A program made the position numbers and the translations under genes. Under the pieces are notes generated by a model. It was given only the letters and a program-made list of their open reading frames with translations. It did no database searches and was not told the DNA's origin. Positions 1 to 13,929 of a stretch of DNA of 64,000 nt are shown piece by piece; the stretch's first letter is position 1; each line of letters begins with the position of its first letter. The stretch is from Macrostomum lignano (Eukaryota): NCBI GenBank assembly GCA_002269645.1, contig NIVC01000151.1, forward strand, positions 124,001-188,000, read 5' to 3'.

Positions 1-3000
1 GGCTGGCGCCGCCCGGCTGCCAGCCTCCTGGAGCTGCGGGTTTTGTTTGCAGCCGGGGCTCCGTGGGGCCGTCGGAGCTTAGAGGGCCGGGCCGGGGCGT
101 CACCCGCCTGAAGGAGAGGCTGGCGTGGCTCCGCCGTGCGGATGACAAACTCCATCAAAAAAGCATCAAAGATCTGACAGCGGTGAGAGTGAATAGCGCG
201 ACCCGCGAACTGTTTGTGGCAAGTGCCGGAGTTTGGCAGCCCCGACATGCCGGGCACCCCAGTGCAAACAGACAGTGCTGGGTCTTTAATGCATTTGGTG
301 AAGTGATTAAAACTCTTGAGCTGGCCTTGAGTCCTCACATATCAGAGCCTTATGGCCTCATCTGCAGAGATGTCGGCCCCGCAGACTCCGCCCCGCACAG
401 TTGGGCACGCGAGCCCCGGCCGCCTGTGTTTATTTATTGTTCTCAGGTTCTGTCAACTCTCTTGGCTTTTTTCACCCCAGACAGACGAGCGGAGTTCAGG
501 CACTCTGAGAAAATTTCAAGTGTCTCGAGATATTTTGAGCTCGCGGGAGGCCTCCTCAGGCGCCCCAGTCAAGTGGCTGGGCAAACAGCACCGCAGCGCC
601 ACAGCTAAATGTCATCCCAATGGCGCCTTTGAGTCCCGATTGAGCAGCGCTTGATCTGGACAGCGATATCACTGCGGGCTCGTGTTTGCCAATGTCCCCC
701 TTCCTTCCTCCAGAGAGGATCATCGGACCCGAGTGGGTATGCAGGCAGTTTTTAATCACTTCTCGGGTTGTGCGGGATGTGCCGAGAGCCACACCTGCTC
801 CCCCCCCCCTGCTCGGCCCGGTATCGATCAGGTGCCGGACTCGCCTGAGATTGCGATCTGCCGGGCTGATGGGGGGTCGATGGTGCTGCGGGGAGTCTGC
901 AGTTCGCTGCGATCCCAGCTGGCACAATGGGCGGGGGGATTAATGCGGCCCGATAGCCCCTCGATTTTCACCCCACCGCGGTGGTCATGCAGGAATTTGC
1001 GAATCCGAGCGGCCCGTGTTTTGCTTGCGGCCGGGCGGCTCCAGTCTGGCGGGAGACTTTTTAAATTGCTGCCCCCGCCGCTGCTTCCGCGCCGCTGCCG
1101 TGAAGAAGACAGGCGGCTGAGAGGCTGCTGGGGCGCCGCGGCCGACACTGCAAGTGCCACGGAGTGAAGCTGCATTGCGGCAAGGCAGCCAGAGGGAGGG
1201 GATGCAAGGGAGACAGGGGGAGGCCGCTATCTGCGGGAGGAGGGGAGGCCAACGCAAACAGATTGTCATCTTGAAGCGCCTCGCGGTCACAGGAGCGCCG
1301 AGTTGTCAAGCTAAAGCGCTAATCGAACCTGATAAGTGGCGTCCCCCTCGGTGCGGGACGGCGGCGGCTGCAGTGGGAGCGGAGGGGGGAAATTGATGGC
1401 CACCCGCCAATTCACTCGGCACAGCCAGCCTCCCGCATGTCTCCATCGCTCCCAGCAGCGCGTCTGTTTGCGTTCGCCTCTCCAGTTGTATGTCTTCTTC
1501 TTTTGCCCCTGTTTCTCTTTCTGTCTCTCTCAACGCGGGGGGGGGAGGCGAGGCGGACAGGTAAAGCGGGGGTCCCGCTGGTCCCGCAGTCAGCAGCTGT
1601 CATTCCCGGAGCTGTCGGCGTGGCGGCGCCGCCACCGCGGCCATTCAGCGGCTCGGCAGCCCGGCAGCAGCTCGTCCATCTTCGCCAGCGGCCTCCCGCG
1701 CCTTTTGTGCCCCCCCCCCTTGTTTCTCTCGTTGCCTTTTTTGCCTTTTAAATTTATAAATGAAGTGAAGCTGCAGATGCAGATTGGCCCATAGCCGGAT
1801 ATTTAGTCACCCAGTCTCCCGTGGATCTCCATCCTGAGAATGAGGTCAGGTGGCCCCCTGCAAGGGCCGCCCGCGGGCCCGCGAAGTGAAAGCAGAGGAG
1901 GAGAAACTGGCAGCCGCAGCCCTGAGCGATCACGAAAACATTTGCTCTGCTCTGCCCGGCTTCCCCACCTGGCGGATGCGCGCGGCTGAAAGGTGGAAGC
2001 TGCGGATGAGGCCGCGGGGCCGGACAAAGCGGCTTCCCCTCCGCTCTCAGCTGCTCCTCCTGCTCTCGGCGGCGCGGGCACAAAAGCGGCCATTTGAGCA
2101 GCGGGCGGCTGAGCGGCACGCTAGCATCGATCCGCCAGCGCCGCCGCCATCGATGCCCGCCCGCGTTTCAGGAATCTGCGCGGCTCTCAGCCGCCCCCCC
2201 CCCCATTCAGCCGGTCGGTCCCGCCCACTTCGCTGCGCAATTTTGCCCAGGTGCATTAAGTGAAATTGATCTGGCCGTGAGTGGCCCCCGGGCCCGCGGC
2301 TCCGGTCACGAATTCGCGGTGAATGCCGGCAGGAGAGGCCGCATCCGGCTCGTCCCGGCAATGCCGGCCTCATCAAATTAAGAGGCCCGGACCAGACGAA
2401 GACACCGCCCGGGCCGCACATCAAACAGGCCGCTCGAGTGTCACTTTCAACGGCTCACCTGTCAGTACTGGGTGGCTGGCCCGGGTCAAGCAGGGCAAAG
2501 AAGGCTCGCTGACGCAATCCGCATGCATGGGTTCAGCTGGGCCCCGAGCCTGTCTTGAGTTGCCGGCTAGAGAGCATGGCAACGGCCGGGGCACTGGGCT
2601 GGGAAATGAGTTGAGAGAGAGCTCAGGCAGGTTAAACAAAGTCTCTGAGAGTCAAGTACTGAAAAAGGCACCTGGCACTACAAGCTGGAGCTGTCAACTC
2701 TTGCTGTGATCTCTCCATTTCATTCTCATTGCGAGCCGCCCCACCCACTCCGCTGCTCAAAACTTTGGCATCTGGCGGGGCGGTGTTTGTGTAAAATCAA
2801 CTTCAGCCCGGCTTTGTTTAACCAACTGAACTCAGGCTGTCCGTCTCTGCCCACCCCCTCAAGCCATCCATCATTCGGTGCCGCCACGAAGGTGCCACGC
2901 ATGCCGCCCTGTGTTAGCCGGGAAGCTTGGAATGGCATTTTTGCTTTCATGCAGTTCCGTGAGAGAGCCTATGAATTGTCTTTTGGCCTATGGCCTATGG

Positions 3001-3097
3001 ACTATGAATTATGGCCCATGGCTTTTGAATTATGCCTGCATTATGCATGCCTAATTATGCATGCCTTAATTTGCATTTATTCCTCGTTTCATTTCAG

Positions 3098-3193
3098 CCG
3101 GATGTTTCCGCCTTTCAAAGTGAAGGTGGCCGGCCTGGACAAGCGGGCCAAGTACATCATGCTGATGGACATTGTGCCCGTTGACGACTGCAG
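3098..3193 (+). CDS. tbx2: Tbx2/3 (omb-like) T-box factor, first visible coding exon ([31 protein letters not shown])
   Basis: Acceptor tttcag ends at 3097 and donor gtgagg starts at 3194. The peptide is the T-box N-terminal block. The preceding exon (..EMVITKSG) was not found in 1-3097. Confidence 0.92.
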
Positions 3194-3219
3194 GTGAGGC
3201 TGGCGGAGGTCCGGAAAAT

Positions 3220-3904
3220 GGGTCAGAGAAAAACAGGTTAGAGGGAAATGGGTCAGAGGGAAGTGGGTCAGAGGGAAGTGAGTCAGAAGGAAGTGGGTCA
3301 GAGGAAAGTGGGTCAGAGGGAAGTGGGTCAGAGGGAAGTGAGTCAGAAGGAAGTGGGTCAGAGGAAAGTGGGTCAGAGGGAAGTGGGTCAGAGGGAAGTG
3401 GGTCAGAGGGAAGTGGGTCAGAGGGAAGTGGGTCAGAGGGAAGTGGGTCAGAGGGAAGTGGGTCAGAGGGAAGTGGGTCAGAGGGAAGTGGGTCAGAGGG
3501 AAATGGGTCAGAGGGAAGTGGGTCAGAGGGAAGTGAGTCAGAAGGAAGTGGGTCAGAGTGAAGTGGGTCAGAGGGAAGTGGGTCAGAGGGAAGTGAGTCA
3601 GAAGGAAGTGGGTCAGAGGAAAGTGGGTCAGAGGGAAGTGGGTCAGAGGGAAGTGGGTCAGAGGGAAGTGGGTCAGAGGGAAGTGGGTCAGAGGGAAGTG
3701 GGTCAGAGCGAAGTGGGTCAGAGGGAAGTGGGTCAGAGGGAAGTGGGTCAGAGTGAAGTGGGTCAGAGGGAAGTGGGTCAGAGGGAAGTGGGTCAGAGGG
3801 AAGTGGGTCAGAGCGAAGTGGGTCAGAGCGAAGTGGGTCAGAGCGAAGTGGGTCAGAGCGAAGTGGGTCAGAGGGAAGTGGGTCAGAGGGAAGTGGGTCA
3901 GAGG
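3220..3904. repeat. 15-bp minisatellite GGGTCAGAGGGAAGT (Tbx intron)
   Basis: Direct tandem units visible. Confidence 0.95.
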
Positions 3905-3933
3905 CCACATCAGCTCATGCCGCTGCCCCGCAG

Positions 3934-4105
3934 GTACAAGTTCCACAACTCCCGCTGGATCGTCGCGGGCAAGGCGGACCCGGAGATGCCGAAGCGGATC
4001 TACATTCACCCCGACAGTCCGAGCACAGGCGAGCAGTGGATGCAGAAGATTGTCAGCTTCCACAAGCTGAAGCTCACCAACAACATCTCGGATAAGCACG
4101 GCTTT
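3934..4105 (+). CDS. tbx2: Tbx2/3 T-box exon ([58 protein letters not shown])
   Basis: ccgcag acceptor and gtgagt donor at 4106; phase matches the previous exon. Sequence is characteristic of the Tbx2/3/omb subfamily. Confidence 0.95.
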
Positions 4106-4914
4106 GTGAGTCACCTGTCTGTCAGTCAATCTACTTACCTGTGCGGAATCACGCGGGCCATCAGTCAGTTTTAATTGCTCCGAGGCCGCAGGTCATTAAG
4201 CGGCGACATGATCAGGAATATTTGAGCTCACAGACAGGCCGGGGGCGGCAGCCAGAGGGCAAACAGCGGCGGCAGCAGCGGAGTCGCCGCTTGTCTCCCA
4301 CCTCAATACACCTGAACTGCTGTCTGCAAACAGGCGGTCAGGCGCCTCAAAGTCTTCAGTCGCAGATCTGGGGGGGGGGGCAGAGCTGCCGGCAACGGGC
4401 GGCCCCAGCAATGTTAAACACGCTCTCGGTTTTTAACATTGCAAAAAGCATGTCTGTTTTTTCTCGTTTTTTTGTTTAAATTCCTGTCAAGCCTCGGCTT
4501 GGGGCCGCCCAGCCGCCACCCAAGCCGACACACGGCGCCCCCTGTTTGCTCAATCTCAGATTTCACTGCCGATTCTCACTCACTGCTCACTGCTCACTCG
4601 CTCTCTGACTCGCGCCTTGGTGAGCAGCGCCGCTCCAAGAGCTCAAAGTTCTCAGCTGCCGCTGCATCCGCCGCCCGCCTTAGCGCCATCTTGTCGGGCC
4701 CATCGCTGCAGGATGCGAGCAAAATCCAGGGCAAATAACGACTTGAGCTTATAGACAGAAGGATTTCAGAAGGCGGGTGGGGGCCTGCAGCTCATCGATT
4801 CACCCAGAATTTCGTTGCTTCTTCCACTTCTTGCGCTGCACAAGTCAAGAGTCAGCCAATGGCTTTGCCCCGTGTTCTGGGACAGTCAAAGTTAATCTGC
4901 AGACAGCTCCCGGA

Positions 4915-5046
4915 CTCTACCTCACCTGCAGCACTCTACCTCACCTGCAGCACTCTACCTTACCTGCAGCACTCTACCTTACCTGTAGCACTCTACCTCA
5001 CCTGCAGCACTCTACCTCACCTGCAGCACTCTACCTCACCTGCAGA
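4915..5046. repeat. 19-bp minisatellite CTCTACCTCACCTGCAGCA
   Basis: About 7 units. Confidence 0.9.
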
Positions 5047-5858
5047 ACTCTGCTTTAACTCCCACACTCTACCTCATCTCCCTAACACTTTCACCGTCAC
5101 ATTTCTCACCTCTCGGCCGCTCAAATTTTTCGGGTTCAATTTCGGGAAAGCTCAGACCAAAGGCAGAGCAGCAGATGATGAAGCAAGCCAGGCTCAGGGC
5201 CGGCGCCCCCTTTGCCCGGCGCAATCAAAGCGCCTCAAAGCGGAGGCCCCGCCGCGCCCGCAGCAATTTCTCAGGCGGCAATCGGGCCGCGGCAAAAGCG
5301 GAAAGAGGAGGCTGGAAAGGAGGCGGAGAAAAAGGGGCCGGTGAGATGATGAGGAGGGAAGGCCAAAGCCAAAGGATGCGTCACTTTCTGCAGCTTCCCT
5401 GCTTGTGCGCAGTCACGACAAGAAGATGCAGAGGGAAGGCATCGCTGGAGTTTGTCAGACACGTGAGAATTTGTCACAGAGCCCGAAATTGTCGGCTAAA
5501 GCTGGCGGGGCTTCGGCTCGCAAATTACAAGCGGCTGGGGGAGCGGCCGATCAAAGGGACCGGCGACTCGCCCTGCCCGGGCCCCACTTCCTCTGGACTC
5601 CCCCCCCCCAGAAATGCCACCAGAGCGGTTGTTAATGGAGCAGAAATTGACCGCCTCCCGTCATCGCGCGCCGCCTAATCAGCTCGGACAGGATGAGGCA
5701 GCGGCTTCAAGCAGCAGCTTTGTCCGGCAGGTTTCTGCAACACGGCTCCCTGAGCGGGTTGCACAAGCGGCAGATGCCTTATCTGCTCCGTGTGACTTTT
5801 GCACGGCTCGCCATTCAGTCCGGTGTCAATTTGGCGCCTTGGCCATTGCGCCGGCGAG

Positions 5859-5912
5859 ATCGGGCACTGATATCGGGCACTGATATCGGGCACTGAGATC
5901 GGGCACTGATAT
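5859..5912. repeat. 13-bp repeat ATCGGGCACTGAT x4
   Basis: Tandem units visible. Confidence 0.85.
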
Positions 5913-6224
5913 ACCAGCCCGACACAAATGCCACCGGCCCGCATGCCCCGGGCTTGAAATCCGACAGCCAGTTTTATTTAAAAGTTTTCAATGATGAACC
6001 GCTGCAGACCTGGGGAATTCTGCGACTGTGGAAAATTAGGTGCGGGAGTTTCAGTCAGCCTTCATGTGCGAATGCCCGCCAATCCTGATCGAGGCTCTGA
6101 TAGCTGCCTGATTGGAACAATCATAATGCCAAATGCTATTGATACTGAAATTCTTAATCTCTAATTCCAAATCCCAGTTTACAAATTTCAAAAATTTCTA
6201 ATCCCAACTCCAGAACCTCTAATC

Positions 6225-6800
6225 CCCAATCCCAAATCCCGAATCCGAAATTCTGACTGAAAAATCCCAACTTCCGAATCCCGAATCCCAAATCCCAAAT
6301 CTAGAATCGTGAATCATAACTCCAGAATCCCGAATCCCGAATCCCAAATCACAAATCTAGAATCACAAATCCCGAATCACAAATCTCGAATCCCAAATCC
6401 TGAATCACAAATCCCGAAACCCAAATCCCGAATCACAAATCCCGAAACCCAAATCCCGAATCACAAATATCAAATCACAAATCTCGAATCACAAATCCAG
6501 AATCCCAAGTCCCGAATCACAAATCCCGAATCACAAATCCCGAATCACAAATCTCGAATCCCAAATCCTGAATCACAAATCCCGAAACCCAAATCCCGAA
6601 TCACAAATATCAAATCACAAATCTAGAATCACAAATCCAGAATCCCAAGTCCCGAATCACAAATCCCGAATCACAAATCCCGAATCACAAATCCCGAATC
6701 ACAAATCCCGAATCACAAATCCCGAATCACAAATCCCGAATCACAAATCCCGAATCCCAAATCCCGAATCCAAAATCCCGAATCACAACTCCCCAATTCC
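6225..6800. repeat. 7/14-bp minisatellite AATCCCGAATCACA
   Basis: Tandem units, homogenised toward the right end. Confidence 0.9.
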
Positions 6801-7223
6801 ACATTCCAACGGCCTGTTTTGCCATCAGAAAGCGCAATTCAAGGAGGGGATAAAATATTGTCTGTTAGCGAATGCTCAACCGCAGGTTCTGCGGGCGGCT
6901 CAGACCCGGCAGCGGGGAGAACTCCGGCTGGGGATATTAATTCCCGCGGACGGCTTCCACTCGCTCGGATTCTCACACGCAGACTCGCAGGTTTTCTCCT
7001 CAGTCGCGCAGCTCCCCCGATATTCCGTGACAAGTCATGAAATCCCGGGCGCCTGCAGAGATCCTCATTTTTGCACCCCGGGGCTTCGCTTTCCCTTTTC
7101 CCCACCTGGCCTCCGCCTCCGCCGTCGCCTCGCCGCCGCCCCGCCCCGCCCCATCCCCCCCGTATTTTTTGACGCAAAAATTGAGCCGCCAGCCGCTGCC
7201 ACTCCTGGCCGGGCCGCCGCGCC

Positions 7224-7490
7224 CAGGGGCGTAGCCAGGATTTTTTTTTTGGGGTATCGGTTAGCTGTTATCAGAAAGCAAGGGCTTGAGATCCACATAT
7301 CCCCTTAATGTATTTCTAGTGCATAATACATATAATTACTCTATTTGTTTGTTAATTGTTATTTTTTCGATTTGGATACCTTTCTCTTCCTTAACGGTCA
7401 CAATTGCAACTGAAAAAAGGAAAAAAAATGTTGCTTTGGAAATTTGGGGGTATCGGCCGATATACCGATACCCCCCTCGCTACGCCCCTG
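7224..7490. mobile_element. hAT-type MITE in Tbx2/3 intron
   Basis: TIR CAGGGGCGTAGC / GCTACGCCCCTG; perfect 8-bp TSD GCCGCGCC (7216-7223, 7491-7498). Confidence 0.88.
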
Positions 7491-7831
7491 GCCGCGCCCG
7501 CTGATTACAGAATGAGCCCGGCGCTGAGCTCTGCTTAATGAGAAGCCGCAGCGTGAGAAGATACGGGGGCTGGGCGGGGCACGCAGGGAGCCCCCCTCTC
7601 TCGCTCACCTGCGCGCTCCCACCCCGGAATCCCGAGTCTCGCCAGCTTCTTCTCTCCGCTTTCGCTGCATGCCGGCATTTGAAAATCGCCTCAGCCAGTC
7701 TGTCAGGGCTGCGGCCGCTCAAATTGTAATTCACAGGCACTGCCGCACTTTTGCTTGCAGATCAGCGAGTCAATTAGCAATTGTTTTCTTGAAGCTGAAC
7801 CATTTCTCGAAAACACCTTTATCCCAGACCT

Positions 7832-8715
7832 CACCTTTACTCATGAATCTCACACCTTTACTCATAATTCTCACACCTTTACTCATAAATCTCACACCTT
7901 TACTCATAATTCTCACTTTACTCATGAATCTCACACCTTTACTCACAAATCTCACACCTTTACTCACAAATCTCACACCTTTACTCATAAATCTCACACC
8001 TTTACTCATGAATCTCACACCTTTACTCATGAATCTCACACCTTTACTCACAAATCTCACACCTTTACTCACAAATCTCACACCTTTACTCACAAATCTC
8101 ACACCTTTACTCATAAATCTCACACCTTTACTCATAATTCTCACACCTTTTCCCATAATTCTCTCACCTTTACTCATGAATCTCACACCTTTACTCATAA
8201 TTCTCACACCTTTACTCATGAATCTCACACCTTTACTCACAAATCTCACACCTTTACTCACAAATCTCACACCTTTACTCACAAATCTCACACATTTACT
8301 CATGAATCTCACACCTTTACTCATGAATCTCACACCTTTACTCATGAATCTCACACCTTTACTCATAATTCTCACACCTTTTCCCATAATTCTCTCCCCT
8401 TTACTCATGAATCTCACACCTTTACTCATAATTCTCACACCTTTACTCATGAATCTCACACCTTTACTCACAAATCTCACACCTTTACTCACAAATCTCA
8501 CACCTTTACTCACAAATCTCACACATTTACTCATAAATCTCACACATTTACTCACAAATCTCACACCTTTACTCATAAATCTCACACCTTTACTCATGAA
8601 TCTCACACCTTTACTCATAATTCTCACAACTTTTCTCATAATTTTCTCACCTTTACTCATGAATCTCACACCTTTACTCATAATTCTCACACCTTTACTC
8701 ACATATCTCACAATT
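7832..8715. repeat. 21-bp minisatellite CTCACACCTTTACTCATGAAT
   Basis: About 42 units. Confidence 0.95.
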
Positions 8716-9271
8716 TTACACGTAAATCTCATGTCTCACCAGAGCGCAATAAATATTGCACCATCTTGCTGTAAATTTCGCTCACTTGATCACAAAGGGC
8801 ATGGGTTTCCCAAATAATCTCACGCATTGACTCACATCTCACAGCCTTACCTTGATGCCACTCTCTTCCTATCAAACAAAACTTTCTAAAAGCCCCGCCT
8901 TCTCAGCGGGGTGCCGGGCTCGAGCTCGAGCTCGCCTACCTGGCTGGTCGGGCCATTCATTACCGCAAAGTCCGGCGATCACAGAGCCGACAATGGCGGG
9001 GGAGATGCGTGTCTCGCCAGCCGCTCTGGTGGAAAACCACCGCTCTGATGTCTTAGAATTAGATATTCTTGTAGCCAGGTGGGCAATTATGTAATTAAGC
9101 ATTAATTATTCATGCTTCTTCAGTAGCGAACTCGAGCAAAAACTGCGGATCGTGACATCCAGTTTGTGGTGTCACTAAATCCCAGAATCCCAGATCCCCA
9201 TCTCAGATCCCATCATTCGAAACTTTGATCCACATTTATGAAAATGAAACCCGTCATTCCGAACTCCGCAG

Positions 9272-9498
9272 ACCATCCTGAACTCTATGCACAAGTACCA
9301 GCCTCGCTTCCACCTGGTGCGCGCAGCCGACATCATGAAGCTGCCCTTCTCCACCTTCCGCACCTTCGTGTTCAACGAGACCGCCTTCATCGCCGTGACG
9401 GCCTACCAGAACGAGAAAATCACGCAGCTGAAGATCGACCACAACCCGTTCGCCAAGGGCTTCCGGGACACCGGCGGCGGTCGCAGCTCCAAGAAAAT
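9272..9498 (+). CDS. tbx2: Tbx2/3 T-box exon ([18 protein letters not shown]...[28 protein letters not shown])
   Basis: ccgcag acceptor, gtgagc donor at 9499; canonical T-box C-terminal motifs. Confidence 0.95.
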
Positions 9499-9565
9499 GT
9501 GAGCCTGGGAACTTCCGAAACCTCGCAAATCCCATCATACACCTGCCGATCCCACATTTCAAAAC

Positions 9566-10068
9566 GAATCCGCCCCCACCTAGAATCAAATCCGCCCCAC
9601 CTAGATTCAATCCGCCCCCACCTAGAACCAAATCCGCCCCACCTAGATTCAATCCGCCCCCACCTAGAACCAAATCCGCCCCCACCTAGATCCAATCCGC
9701 CCCCACCTAGATCCAATCCGCCCCCACCTAGAACCAAATCCGCCCCACCTAAAGCGAAATCCGCCCCACCAAGAACCAAATCCGCCCCACCTAGAACCAA
9801 ATCCGCCCCACCAAGAACCAAATCCGCCCCACCTAGAACCAAATCCACCCCACCAAGAACCAAATCCGCCCCACCTAGAACCAAATCCGCCCCACCTAGA
9901 ACCAAATCCGCCCCCACCTAGAACCAAATCCGCCCCCACCTAGAACCAAATCCGCCCCACCTAAAACCAAATCCGCCCCACCGAGAACCAAATCCGCCCC
10001 ACCTAAAACCAAATCCGCCCCACCTAGAACCAAATCCGCCCCACCTAGAACCAAATCCGCCCCACCTC
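9566..10068. repeat. 21/22-bp minisatellite CCGCCCCACCTAGAACCAAAT (Tbx intron)
   Basis: Tandem units visible. Confidence 0.95.
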
Positions 10069-10099
10069 AAACACCCCTCGCCCGCACTCCCCACTGCAG

Positions 10100-10584
10100 C
10101 AAGATGTCGGAAGGCGGCTCGCAGCTCCATCTCCCCGATGGGCGGCAGCGGCCGCGCGGCCTCTCCGCCGCCGGGCCAGCCGACGACTCCGACGACGACG
10201 ACGATGACGAGGCCGCCGCGGCCGCCGCCAGCTTCGACACTGACGACGACATTCGCAGTGGCGACGTCGGCAGCCTCACCGGACACCTGCGGCGCGGCTT
10301 CGCCGCCGGCCACCTCATCCCCAGCCTCCTGGCCGCTGGGTTTGGCGGGCACCATCACCAGCTGCAGCAGCACCAGCACGCATTCCTGCAGCAACACCAG
10401 CACCAGCTCCAGCTGCACCAGCAGCTCCAGCTGCAGCACCAGCAGCTGTTGTTGGCCGCCGAGAGGCAGGAGCGGCGCCGGCGTCGAGACTCCTCGGGAG
10501 AGCGTCGGGAGGAGCCGCCCAGCGGCACAGCGGAGGCAGCTGGTAGAAACGGCGTGGCTGGGAACGGCGTGAGCAGCGGAGCAG
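10100..10584 (+). CDS. tbx2: Tbx2/3 exon, low-complexity acidic/His-Gln-rich region
   Basis: ctgcag acceptor with phase 2 matching (AT|C AAG ATG), open frame = ORF 10104-10622, donor gtgaga at 10585. Confidence 0.85.
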
Positions 10585-10810
10585 GTGAGAAAAGTGCGCC
10601 CATCGTGTGCAGTCATTGGTAGAAGCTGACAGGCCCAAAACAGGGGAATATCGGCATGACCACAATCTTCAATTTCAACGGGACAAGTCAAAGTGCCAAT
10701 GTCCGCATAGAATTGGGGAATTGAGAAGTGGGGGATCGCGAGGTGTCCTCATAGCCACCGAGGTTCCCGCTTCAAAGTGCAACTCTGAGCTGGCCTTCCC
10801 TGCCTTCCAG

Positions 10811-11544
10811 CGCCCGGGCCCGCTCGGCACAGCAAAGACGGCACCGCTAGCGGCAAGTCGCCATCAAAGAGCGGCAGCGGCGGCCCGCCACCAAACGTGA
10901 CGGTGCTGAACTCGCACAGCTTCCTTCATCAGCCCTGGCTTCACTCCGCATCGTCCAAAGGAGACCAGCAGCAGCAGCATCAGCTCCGGTCCGCCACAGC
11001 AGCCGCCGCAGCCGCAGCCGCAGCCGCAGCCTTCAAACCGCCCTTCTTTGGCTTTCCACCTCCGCCTGGCGGCTTCCCGCCTGGATTTCCGGGCTCTGCC
11101 GGCTTTCCCGCGGGTTTTCCCGGAGGATTCCCTGCTAGCGGGAGCTACCCGCCGCCTCCGCCGCCACCGCACCAGGGATTCGCGTCCCCGCTGGGCCACG
11201 GGTCTGGCAGCGGCCCGGCCAAGCTCCATCACGGACTGCACAGATTCTCGCCCTACGGAGGCGCCAGGAAGTCGCCCTGGCCTGGTAGAGCCGCCGCTGT
11301 CGCCGCCGCCTCTCTCGCGTCAGCAGGCGCAACGTCGAATTCGGCAGTGCCCCTCTCGGCGGCCTCAGTGTCGGCCAGTCCGTCCAAGGGCGACTTCTCC
11401 AAGATCCACACGCTGATCGGCCCCTCCAGCGAGCCGGCACCAGCGGAGCTGCCAAACGCGGCTTCTCCCGCGCCGGCCGAGACCGCAGCGGTGAGCGGCG
11501 CCGCCGAGGCGGCCCTGGACGAGGACTCCCGCTCGTCAGCGTAG
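10811..11544 (+). CDS. tbx2: Tbx2/3 terminal coding exon (poly-Gln/Ala, Pro-Gly rich, RFSPY motif)
   Basis: ttccag acceptor at 10809-10810, phase 1 and in frame with ORF 10897-11544; RFSPY resembles the Tbx2/3 C-terminal motif; stop TAG at 11542-11544. Confidence 0.85.
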
Positions 11545-13515
11545 CCCTCCGAGGCCATTGTAATGAACACTGACAGCCATGGCTCACCTTCCTTGCGTGT
11601 CTCGTGCACATTTCCCGGAGTGACTGTACATACAGTGACTGTATGACAGTTGCTTGAGACTGCCGTAGCTTGTTTGACTTTTCAGGATCGTTGCTGCCCA
11701 ACTTTTGTGCTCTTATTTGAGTCTCAATGCCCGTCTACTTTGTTGTTCAAGACACCCTGACTAAATGCTAACTGACTGTGATTTCCCCCAAAGGCACTCA
11801 CGGCTTGACACAGAAGGCCGAGCGTTAAAATGGCTGTCCGTAGGCGCAGGCCGTGCCGTGGCAGTGCCATGGGCCGTCCGTTCTTGCGTCCATGCTGACC
11901 CCACTGGGCCGGCGTTGCGTACATTCGGAACCCTCCCACCTCTGCCTCTATGTATATTATTCTATTTTTAGCCTGGATGAGTAAGCGATCACTCTCACTC
12001 AGTATGTACACGCGAACTGTACATTCAACAGTCATACTTGTTTATGTTAAAAACTTTTGCTCTATTCCTTCCCACTCCGCGTCAAGAAATGTACTTTTGA
12101 TTGCAACGATGCGTACCCACCCCAAAAGACTTGAATATTGGTCAAATCTCATTTTGCTAGTCACTTGAATATGTGCTCACCCGTCTACCTGCTCTGCCCC
12201 TCCACCTTAGCAAGTCTCGCAAGCCTGCATTTCGCACGCGCCTTATAACTGCACTGAAAGCTGAGCGATAGTGTATGATAAATTCTATTATATACGCATC
12301 ATATATACCTTACTGACTGCACCACTCGGTCTTCACTTGCTATTTTACCAGAATAGAAATCCCCAAACTCAAATTTTTTCATATCCTCAGCAACGAGAAA
12401 AGCTTGTCTGGCAGGGTGCCGCATTCCACCTGAGCTTTGCGCAGATTTATCAGCAATTCTCCCACTGCCTTTGCTTGAAAGCTTGATAATAAATAAACAG
12501 CCTGCGTGTGTGTGCGCTACTATATTGTTTGTTATATTACTATTAGCTATAATATGATAGCTTACTATAGACATGAATTTGCCTTTTTGTCGATCTTTGT
12601 GGACCAGACATAAAACCATTTATCGAATTTCGAAGTAAAAATTCAATTACAAAGCATGCATTTTGAAGCCTTCTACAAAAGAGGCACACTGTTAGGTGTC
12701 TTAGAATTTTTCTGAGCCAGTGGCCCCTTGTTTTTGGAAAAAAAGCAAAATTGATTGAATGCCCGAGTGGAAAACTCTTTAAATCGTGTCGCGAGAACTC
12801 CTTCAGTGGCAGGTGGCGCCTCAGCCGCCTCAGCCGCAGCCGCCGCTGCCACCGCCGCCTCCGCCGCAGCCGCCGCCGGCGCCATCAATTCTCCCCGCAT
12901 CCCACTTCCCGCGGCTGAGCAGTCGGTGTTTGCTCAGCCTTCAACCCCCCTCTCTCGAGCCCGCGGCGATGAAACTCTTAAAACCGCATCTGCAGCTCAG
13001 CGATGGCCGCCCGGCCAGCTCCTGCTGCCCCTGTTGACTGCCCAGCAGCCGCGGCTGGCCGGAGGGCGGGGGGGAGACCGATCGGGGATTCGAGCTCTGC
13101 CCGGCCGGGAATCAACAGCTGGCCAGTGATTCTCAAGGCAGGCCTGCTCAGCTCAGCTGCTCAGCTGCTCAGTGAAGCGTGGCCGCCCCCCCCCTCCACA
13201 GAGTCACGCCAAACCGGTTAACACGCTGCTCAACATCTCAACATCCCTCTTTACCTCCAAACATCCCCTCTCGTGTTTGCCAGGCCTCTTAGGGCCGCGC
13301 CCTGCAGTTTATTTGATATTCAATTTCGCTGGTGAGCACCGCCTCTCCTCGGCTCTTTGTCAGCCGCGCTTTTATGCGCGATATCTCACCCTTTAGCGGT
13401 CTCGGCTCTCCGTAGCTGGGCGGGTCTCCCTGCAGTCCCTGTGCTGATCGCGTGCCTCCCTTGCACCGGCATGTCCCTTTGATCAGCACCGGCTTTTGGA
13501 GAGCAAGGCGGGGAC

Positions 13516-13929
13516 TCAGACAGGAATTTGGGCACTGAGACAGGAATATGGGCACTGAGACAGGAATATGGGCACTGAGACAGGAATATGGGCACTTGGA
13601 CAGGAATATGGGCACTTGGACAGGAATATGGGCACTGAGACAGGAATATGGGCACTGAGACAGGAATATGGGCACTGAGACAGGATTATGGACACTGAGA
13701 CAGGAATATGGACACTGAGACAGGATTATGGGCACTGAGACAGGATTATGGACACTGAGACAGGAATATGGACACTGAGACAGGATTATGGGCACTGAGA
13801 CAGGATTATGGGCACTTGGACAGGAATATGGGCACTGAGACAGGAATATAGACACTGACACAGGAATATAGACACTCAGACAGGAATATGGGCACTGAGA
13901 CAGGAATATGGGCACTGAGACAGGAATAT
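13516..13929. repeat. 20-bp minisatellite GACAGGAATATGGGCACTGA
   Basis: Tandem units visible. Confidence 0.95.

Noticed and set aside
1-3097. First T-box exon (..LW..F...TEMVITKSG)
   Set aside because: Not found in any plus frame; presumably upstream of the window. The GC-rich ORFs here show no recognisable homology.
3066-4174. Long ORFs on both strands (SDPLP, THFPL, GQREV repeats)
   Set aside because: They are translations of the stop-free 15-bp intronic array; the real T-box exons splice around it.
7669-8817. 339-382-aa repeat ORFs
   Set aside because: Artefacts of the 21-bp array, open in several frames. The same applies to the ORFs at 13.3-14.8, 26.9-27.6, 28.6-29.2, 42.9-43.7, 46.0-46.7, 47.3-48.4, 60.3-61.5 and 61.4-62.3 kb.
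12673-13129. Poly-Ala ORFs downstream of Tbx2/3
   Set aside because: GCC-rich low complexity, open on both strands, with no domain or convincing splice sites.
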